From positions 3,410,001-3,474,000 of the forward strand of contig OX337236.1 in the NCBI GenBank assembly GCA_946965045.2: a stretch of DNA of 64,000 nt, read 5' to 3'. The notes beneath the pieces were generated by a model. The model was not told the DNA's origin and did no database searches. It saw only the letters and a program-made list of their open reading frames with translations. This DNA comes from Epithemia pelagica. Lineage: Eukaryota > Protista > Bacillariophyta. Made by a program: the position numbers and the translations under genes. Numbering within the stretch: position 1 is the first letter of the stretch; the number at the start of each line of letters is the position of its first letter. This document shows positions 55,960 through 64,000 of the stretch, piece after piece.

Positions 55960-58900
55960 ATTGGTTAGATAACAGCCAGTTTGTTGCCAGTGCCGTTGGA
56001 AAGGACGGTTCCATTCCATCTTTGCTGGGTGAACAATGATTCGTTCTTCACAGGACGACGGACAAGGAATGTAGAGAAGCAGCAACCAACCATGCTCGAT
56101 TTCCAAAAAGAACCATCAAAGAAGCGGACTACAGGGTCCACAAGGTTTTTGGCTTGTCGTGTTTTTCGTCGTACTGCTTCTTTCATCATCAGACATTGGA
56201 ATCCACCCGTTTCGTCCTTTTGTCGGATTCATTGACCACAAGAGACCATGAACCAAGCCACACAAGGAGCACGACCAACAGATGTCGAAACTCCTGGCTT
56301 GTGTGGGAAAGGAGCAATGGCAACACAGTCACTCGATTGTTCTACGATAATGCCGACAACAACAAGAACAACAACCACAGTTACACCCAAACAACAACAA
56401 TGGGAACAGCCGTCCTGCTCGTTCGTTGAGCAGCACGACACGAAGAGCAAATTCAGCAGGACCCAAACAACAACAATTGTCGCATGCACAACAGAGGCAT
56501 CCCATTTTGTCCTCCCTCTCGTGATTTCCACTGGTAAGGAATGAATGGTTCTGATCGTTGCAACGAAAACTGATGGACCAAATGACGACTTCCACGACCA
56601 GTTGGTTATTTTTGAACACGACCCACCAGCACCACAAACAGAAACCACCGACATAGTAGCACTACCGCTACTTTTACCGTATCAAGTGACTTGTGGCTCC
56701 AAGAAGGAGGAACCAAGCACCACCCATCTCATCAAGAACACGAGTCGATAGCGACCATGACACCATCACAGGCACAAACTCCAGCCACCACCACATGAAC
56801 CAGAGTGTTAAAAAAAAACAAATCACAACCCAACGAACGAAACGAGAAATCATGCAAGGTCATGAGCCGATGCGGATTCTTCCACTTTGTAGTAGGGCAA
56901 ACACTGGTTCCATCCTTTTTCACCAAAGAGTTGTTGTTAACAGCAGCACCGAAGCAGCAGCAGAACAGTAAGAACATCTTCCAGGTTCATTTACAGAGGA
57001 GGAACACGCCGATGCAACAAGGTCCGCAACTCAACCCAGAAAAGAATCCTGCCAATACGGCAATCAACCAACGCGGAGAGTCTCCCTTGGCGTTCTTCAG
57101 GTATTGTTTGGATGGTAACAAATGATCCGACAATGGTCGTGGTCCACAGCAGAATTGTGTCGTCACACCATCATCCCAAGCCAAGAAACGACAGGATGGA
57201 GCACCCTTGACAGTCACAGCACCCGCCATGACAAGAAACATGTATGGATTTGCCCTGTCACGAACAAGAAAACTACTCTGCACTATTCAATCGTAATGAA
57301 CACAAAATGGCGAGGACAAACCGCCCTTGACTACGAGATCGATGCGAAACTCTCCCTTTCTGGAATGCACCACTGCTGGATTTGTGTCCCTGCCATACAG
57401 CTCCCGATCCATGGACGATGACTCTGCGTCCTGCAAAGTGCCATGATGCCACCACAAAGCCCCAGATTCTTGTCTTACCGTCGCTCATCTATGCTGGTGG
57501 CATTACCACTTTTGTCGAGACACAAGAATTTGGTCGCTTCTTCCACGCCTTAGACAAAAAACAAGCACGTTCTATCTTGCAACATACTGTTTCGACTTCT
57601 TTTGAGTCTACACTTATAATACTGGGTCCTAGGATTGCAATAGAACGTAGAAAACAAGTCAACCACTAGAGAAATAAACGGCTAGAGGCTTGATCCTTCT
57701 CTTTGTCACCATGGAGCGTATTGGGCCTTGCGTGTTTACCAGCTGATTTCGATGTGAAGAAGGGTGAGATATCCTCATCTCGGATATCCGCACCTTCAAG
57801 AGAACGATACCATCCGTTGAATTGGTGCTCACAGAGTTGTCGAAAACACCACGAATTCTTGTCCAGTAGTGGTAATGTTGCACAGGTAGGATTGTATCCA
57901 CCACCAATCACGGCAACTTGATTGGCAACAGCCACCATAGTGCAGTCAAAGCGGTCATTTCCGAGTGATGGGAGATTCGAAACGCGGTTGTGGTGCGTAT
58001 CCAACACTTCCACGGTTTGACGGCTTCCTCCGGCCACAATAAGACAATATCCCACGGCAACCATTGCACAAAAAGCTCGAGGCTTCGGAAGCACCAAATC
58101 AGAATGGGTGATCCAACTGGATGAGAAGGAAATGACTGTTGACAAAGTGTCGTTTTGTGTCTCCTCTGCAAAGTCCAAATACTCCACCGAATCAAGTTCA
58201 TCGTCAGCGTTTCGGCCTCCAAGGACAAAGATGCGGTGGTCAATAACCGCACTAGCACACCATTCTCGTGGAACAGTCATGCTTGGTCCCGCAGTGACAG
58301 TGTGGTTGTTTGTATCAATAATATCCACGGACGACAAATAACGATTGATGTAGCCACCCATTACAACGATGTATCGGTTGTGCACCGCAACAGCACAACA
58401 TCCATGTCGTCCCTTTGATAATCGACAGCTTAATCTCGTCCAATTACTCGCATGTGTGGTGCTTGATGTAAAAGATGATTGCAGCACATCATTGGCATCA
58501 ATTCGTTCCATACAATTCAAACATGAACCTTCAGAGTATCCTCCAATCACGTAAATGCCTCCATTGCACACAACAGCGGCATGTCCATCACGTTTCTGGT
58601 TCATGCGTGGCCCTTCTCGCCACTGCTTGTTTGATTCTGCCAAGTTTAATACAAGAATGGAATCTAGCTCGCCTTGACCTGTTCGATATCCACCCAACAC
58701 GACGACGGTTTGTTCTTGGTTGTTATCGGTATGGTTCAGTACGACCGAAGCATGACGATAACGCCATTCACCCTCAAGAGAAGGCCAGTCCTCGATATTC
58801 CATTCAGGTGTCTCGTCAAATAGGACAAGGCCCGACTGCCATGCTTGCTTTTGCAGTGTCGTTGTCATGGTCACGGCGCTTTACTAATACGTTGACAAGA

Positions 58901-60106
58901 AATGGCAGAGGGTATTTTTGTAATAATAGAGCAACGCGTGGAAGCTTTGCTTTTTTGCGTGGAGACCGCGGTGTGTTTTTTATGGAGACAGAAAAGTTTT
59001 GCCTGTCCTGCGTACGATGGTGAAGGACAATCAATCGCACATAGATTTCATTACAAGCCCCAAGAAAAGTATCTTTTGGTCGACGACGAGAGGGAGAGAG
59101 AGAGCGACAGCATTATTTGTGATGATGAAGAGGTCCTTTTGTATGATGAATAGGTCAGTGCGAGGCACAAAGTGGAGGTAGAGTACTCTTGTGCGACAGT
59201 GTCGTCATCGTGCAACAAGGTTTCGGCGGAACTGGCATTGAGGGGCACGACATCGCGATGTGGAGGAGCTTGTTTCCAAGCAAGATCGATCGAACGAGCC
59301 ATGCTGCAACAGGAAATAGTGGCGGTGGATGTTTCCTGACTCGTCGTCGTCCATGGCACGAAAGTGCCCACAAAGTCCAACTTCCAAGACGGAGTTCAAC
59401 ACAGTTGGTTCCACGACAATGATACCATCCATTTCGTTCATTTGGAGAAGGAACAATGAGTGCCTTCTTCTTTGTCGCTGCGTTGGTAGTTCGGGAGGTT
59501 GTGGTGTGTCAACGATAAGGCTCGATTCGTTGTTGTCGTGCTGGTCCATTGCGACAACTGGCACGACCGATCCGATTTGGTGGGTTCCTCTTGGACTTGT
59601 TCTGGAGGGACTTCACTGTCCTTGTTGCATCTGTCCCCCTGACGAGACGAAATTCCATTCGCAGGAGACAACGTGGGTTTTTCGATCGTAGCCAAGAGGG
59701 TCTTGCAAGAAGTGTTGCGGTATACGTCTCTGGACGTAGGGTTCCGCCGATTCACCATGGAAGCAGGAAACTTGATGGTGAAGAATCGAACACATTCGGT
59801 CGCATGGTGACTCCTCCGAAAGGGACACTGTTCTTGGTTATCGTGTCGGGATTGGACATGACACGGTCCTCCCTCCTTACTTCCATCCAAAAATCGAACC
59901 ATCAGAAGCGGGCCTCATCCAGTCCAACAAAGTGTTGCCTTGTCGTGCTTCTGCTCCTGATCCTCTCATCATCGGACTTTTGGATCCACCTGTTTCGTCC
60001 TTTTGTCGGATTCATCAAACTCTAGAAAATTGAAACAAAGCCAATTTGAGAACTTTTTTGGAATACAACACAGTCGGTTCTTGCCGTAGCTACCACAGTT
60101 ACCAAT
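55960..60106 (-). repeat. Inverted block: spacer + cassette B + K11 + downstream module homologous to ~12840-14450
   Basis: The reverse complement matches 42043-43049 joined to 51631-51830 (no YR element), then a Kelch gene, then the 3' spacer seen after K3. The left boundary is approximate. Confidence 0.8.
57666..58868 (-). CDS. Kelch-repeat protein K11 (~400 aa), inverted copy
   Basis: N-terminus nearly identical to K10 (MTTTLQKQAWQSGLVLFDETPEWNIEDWPSL); six blades; GKHAR tail. Confidence 0.9.
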   Translation of the reverse strand: MTTTLQKQAWQSGLVLFDETPEWNIEDWPSLEGEWRYRHASVVLNHTDNNQEQTVVVLGGYRTGQGELDSILVLNLAESNKQWREGPRMNQKRDGHAAVVCNGGIYVIGGYSEGSCLNCMERIDANDVLQSSFTSSTTHASNWTRLSCRLSKGRHGCCAVAVHNRYIVVMGGYINRYLSSVDIIDTNNHTVTAGPSMTVPREWCASAVIDHRIFVLGGRNADDELDSVEYLDFAEETQNDTLSTVISFSSSWITHSDLVLPKPRAFCAMVAVGYCLIVAGGSRQTVEVLDTHHNRVSNLPSLGNDRFDCTMVAVANQVAVIGGGYNPTCATLPLLDKNSWCFRQLCEHQFNGWYRSLEGADIRDEDISPFFTSKSAGKHARPNTLHGDKEKDQASSRLFL

Positions 60107-60319
60107 GTGACTGTTACCAATCAAGTTGCCGTGATTGGTGGATATCGCAATCCTTCATGTGCAACATTACCACTACTGGATAGGAATTCTTGGTGTTTTC
60201 GACGACTCTGTGAGCAGCAGCCCAATAGATGGTATCATAGTCTAGAAAGATCGGGTAAGGGTAACGGAGATGTCAATATAGCATCCTGGACATCTCGACA
60301 TCGACTCTTGAGCGATTAA
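60107..60319 (+). pseudogene. 3' fragment of a K5-type Kelch gene at the inversion junction
   Basis: VTVTNQVAVIGGYRNPSCATLPLLDRNSWCFRRLCEQ...ERSGKGNGDVN is abutted directly against the inverted block. Confidence 0.8.
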
Positions 60320-61342
60320 AGACCAATACATGATGGAGGATGGAACTTGAAATGTGCAACAAGTTGCACGGCCAAGAACTATATCATGGTCAATATATAC
60401 TCTCGTCCAAAAAAAGGAGATCGTGTCCATCCTAAGTGTCCAGCCTTAGTTACGTTGTCAATAATGATAAGTTCTTAATCACTGTAACTATACAGAGTGG
60501 CTTGCTAGGTCCAAAAAGATATTACTCTAGACTGCTTTCGAAGAGCACATCCTAGTATGGTTTGAAGGCTCCACGTTGTATAGAAGATGGCCGCACATGA
60601 ATTTCCCTCGGAAGCCATGGCGTTTGTGGCAGTCGGATCCATGCACCATGGTCAGCTATCCGTGTACTATATAACTATATAATGAGATGTTACAGCGTCC
60701 GCCATGGCACTGCTGTCCTCTGCAAACCTGCGGATGTAAGACAGCCACTCTTGGGTGGATGGCCATGCTACCGTTCCCTCTCTGTACTGTTGAAAAGTCT
60801 CTGGTCTTGATCAGAAGGAATCATCTTTCAATGGAAGATGACAGTCTTTCATGGGCTCGTTTCATCTTTAAGGCAAAGAAGAAGCGGCCTGAATTGTGTC
60901 TCTTCAAGTGATGGCACAGAAGGAACAAGGGACGTTTCGACCATGACCTGATGGTTGTTGGACATTCGGTGGGGCCATGGATTGGTAGCAACGGCTGGAT
61001 CCGACAGCCAACACAGTTTGTCTTTGTTTTGTTTCCGTTGCGATGGCAGCAGTGCACAGTTTGTCTTTGTTTTGTTTCCGTTGCGATGGCAGCAGTGCAA
61101 AGTATACTTCCCCTGTTGCAGATTTATCGTGGGTCGTCGTCGATTCCTTTTTCTTGATGTCAATGTCTCGTTGTGGAGCAACCAATCCGTCGACGTGGTA
61201 CAAATATTGGTGGTGCTACGATTCCCAAGACTGTGCGTTTGGTGGACCGTGTTCCAACAAGGCAACTGCTTTGGAATCCACCCATTGCGGTGATGCATCG
61301 ATCGACCTGTTGGTAAGCGACGATTGTTCTTCTTGTTGTTTG
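60107..61342 (+). repeat. Duplicate of ~21085-22160 containing a 43-bp tandem duplication at 61012-61097
   Basis: Shared ccatggcgtttgtggca..., gaagcggcctgaatt(a/g)tgtctcttcaagtgatggcac and acgattcccaa(a/g)actgtgc. cacagtttgtctttgttttgtttccgttgcgatggcagcagtg occurs twice. Confidence 0.8.
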
Positions 61343-62427
61343 GCTGTCATCCCGCTAAGACCAACTACAACAACGACAAGGCACAAACAGTCGTGGTGAT
61401 GGGAGGATGGCAACAAGATCAAGGCGATCTCGATTCCATTTTTGTATTAAACTTGGCAGACCCAGACAAGCAGTGGCGAGAAGGACCACCCATGAAAAAG
61501 AAACGTTCTGGACATGCCGCTGTTGTGTGCAATGGCGGCGTTTACGTGATGGGAGGTCGCAATACAGCAACTTTGGATTGTATCAAACGCATTGATGCGA
61601 ACGATATACTACAACCATTTTTAACAGCAAGCACCAATCATACGAGTAATTGGACGACATTGACATGTCGATTATCAACGCGACGGTTTGGATGTTGTGC
61701 TGTCGCGGTTCACAACCAATACATCGTTGTAATGGGCGGCTACAACGATCATTATATGTCTTCGGTGGATATTATTGACACTAGCAACCATACTGTCATT
61801 GCAGGACCAAGCATGACTATTCCTCGGCAATTTTGTGACAGTGCGGTCATTGGTCACCGCATCTTTGTCGTTGGAGGCCGGAACGAGGACGACAATCTTG
61901 ACTCGCTGGAGTATTTGGACTTCGAAAGGCCATGTGAAAGTGATGAGACAAAAAAGGGAACTGGCTCGACGTTCATTTCTTTCTCGTCGACCTGGACCGC
62001 TCATTCTAATATGGTGCTTTCCAATGCACGAAGTTCTTGTGCAGTGGTTACCGTGGGATCCTGTTTGGTAGTGGCCGGAGGACTAAGCAATTCAACCGTG
62101 GACGTCTTGGATACGCACCGCAACCGTGTGTGGAATCTCCCACCATTCGGAAATCGCCGCGATCACTTCAGTATGGCGATTGTTGCCAATCATGTTGCCG
62201 TGATAAGTGGTTTTGGCAGTTCTGCCTGTGCGACATTACCACTACTGGACAAGCATACGTGGTGTTTTCGACGACTCTTTGAGCATCAGATCGACAGATG
62301 TTGTCTATTTCGGGAAGGAAGGAATATCCAACTTGCTGATAATTCACCCTTCTCCGCCTCGACATCAGCTCATAAACGAGCAAGGCCCGATACACGCCGT
62401 GGTGATGAAGGAAAGGATGAAACTTGA
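61343..62427 (+). pseudogene. Kelch-repeat gene K12, 5'-truncated (lacks the MTTTL..WPPL..HA N-terminus and its upstream cassette); could still initiate at ATG 61399
   Basis: Kelch similarity begins at tcatcccg (HP) directly after spacer DNA homologous to ~22150. Blades 2-6 and the HKRAR tail are intact. Confidence 0.7.
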
Positions 62428-62429
62428 AA

Positions 62430-63998
62430 TTTGCAACGTATTGCATGTATGTCCTAACAATAGCGGAACTGTAGCATTATCATTTTACTCTCAAACAGTT
62501 GGTGTACTGTATTCTTCATGGCATTGCGACCTCTTGAGATATCACATACACCTTTGTACTAGTAGAAAACGAAGGTTACACCATCCGGCATGACACCGCA
62601 AACAGGAGTGGAACCAGGCCTCGGGTAGATGTCCATGGTACCATGCCTCTCTGAAGTTAACTAGGTCGACTTATCATGCTGTGGAAAATTATGGTTGCGT
62701 GCCTGCAACACTTGGCGCAGCGACTCGTTTGGACGGTCGACCATGCGTTCAATTGTGGAGTCCGGGCTTTCTATGGCTAACGCCTACGTGAGAGGACAGT
62801 ACCCCGTCTCTCGATGCTTGTGGTTTCGGGTGAGAGAACCCTTTGGAATTTTTGCCACCGAAGTGTTCGATATTTCCTCCACTACAGCAACTAGTCTTTG
62901 TGAAGTCTTTATGATGAGGTCAGCAATTTGCTTGCGTCAATCCAGCAATCAGTCTCTCCGTAGTGGCTCGTTGACAGCCCATTGGTATCGGTCCATGGAT
63001 ATCAACAAGAACAATCGCAGTGCGCAAAGTTATGTCTCGCCCCTCAATGCCAGTTCCGCCGAAACCTTGTTGCACGATTGCAACACTGTCGAACAGCATT
63101 AGTGTTGGACATTGCCCACTACAACCTTTGTGCCTCGTACAGTACCAACAACAAAACCACGACCACGAATGGCGCCGATCATGTCTTGGCTGTAGTCTAC
63201 TAGAACTTGTTTTGTTGTTGTTCTTCTTCTTCGTTGGATTCTGGTTGGTGTTGCTGCCTTGTCGTTCCACATCAACACCCAGCTTGAATCTTCGTATGCA
63301 GGCTTGAAGGGGCGATGCCACCCTTTCCCATGATCAATTCTTCACTACTCCAATCGGACGCGTCGGGAGGGAGTTGAATAGCGTTCCATACTTCAATCCA
63401 TAGTACTGCGCTCCTCGTCACCGGCGCAACTACCTCCAATGGGGCGACTTTGTGATCGATTCAGCAGGTCCTCATGGTGTCATGTCGAGAAAGGGTCCTC
63501 AATAATTGGCGACCAGACTGCCATGCAGTGCCACAACACAAAACACAAAGGGATTTGCGTGGTCTTGTTGTTGATTCTCGTTCCACGAAAGACATGTGGA
63601 TGAGGAAGCATACCATCGCCCTAGTGCTATTCTTTTTGTTGTTCTGTTCTTTGCTGCACTTCGAAAGCCAAGGTACGATTTCTAGCTTGTTGCGATGAAA
63701 GTTGTCGTTGAGTATGTTCATCTTGCTAGAGTCTTCTTTAGAGTCTTTCTCCACGGGAGACATGAGAGCAAATCATAGCAGAAAACGCTGCCAGAAGGCG
63801 CGAAAAGGTCAATCTCCGAAACCAAAGACGGCGACGACGGCGACAGACACATTGTTGTGCTGATGGTATCTTTTTTCGTTCGTTTCAATGGATATTCCCC
63901 CAAACTGTGATGTGGAGTCCCCCTCCCCCAAAATCTGGAGTCTCTTCCAAATCTTGGTCGCGGAATGAGGACAGGAATGGCTCGCAGGCGCGCCGACC
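62430..63998 (+). repeat. Segmental duplicate of ~770-2365 (offset ~61.6 kb)
   Basis: Near-identical DNA; ORF-track peptides at 1826/63461 and 2083/63718 are the same apart from a few residues. Confidence 0.9.
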
Positions 63999-64000
63999 AA

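Noticed and set aside
2-62427. Diversity-generating retroelement or CRISPR-like mechanism behind Kelch variation
   Set aside because: No template/variable repeat pair, no evident adenine-specific substitution pattern, no DGR-type RT (the only RT is copia pol) and no repeat-spacer array.

Overview
Eukaryotic genomic DNA, most likely from a diatom. This is inferred from a CoDi-like Ty1/copia element, moderate GC and short GT-AG introns. The backbone is a mosaic tandem array of single-exon, six-blade Kelch beta-propeller genes of about 400 aa. There are 12 recognisable copies (K1-K12): 11 on +, one inside an inverted block. K1 is cut by the window edge, K9 carries a nonsense codon and K12 is 5'-truncated; two further fragments are present. 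The copies have a conserved framework, highly variable loops and usually a C-terminal K/R-K-R-A-R tail. Spacers are shuffled duplicated modules, and each intact copy sits behind one of two reusable upstream cassettes (A or B). One cassette-A slot holds a frameshifted PLD/HKD-nuclease-like gene instead of a Kelch gene. Two mobile elements interrupt the array at nearly the same position of cassette B. The first is an intact 7.4-kb Ty1/copia LTR retrotransposon (25866-33278, minus strand) with identical 240-bp LTRs, a 4-bp TSD, and gag and pol in one frame separated by a single TGA. The second is an ~8.6-kb Crypton-type tyrosine-recombinase element (~43050-51630), delimited by an empty-site paralogue in the same window. 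It carries five extra ORFs of unknown function, including two paralogue pairs with PIP-box-like and SIM-like motifs. The best candidates for new biology are this cargo-carrying element and the diversifying Kelch array with its co-promoted nuclease-like gene. All family assignments come from motif reading by eye; no searches were run.
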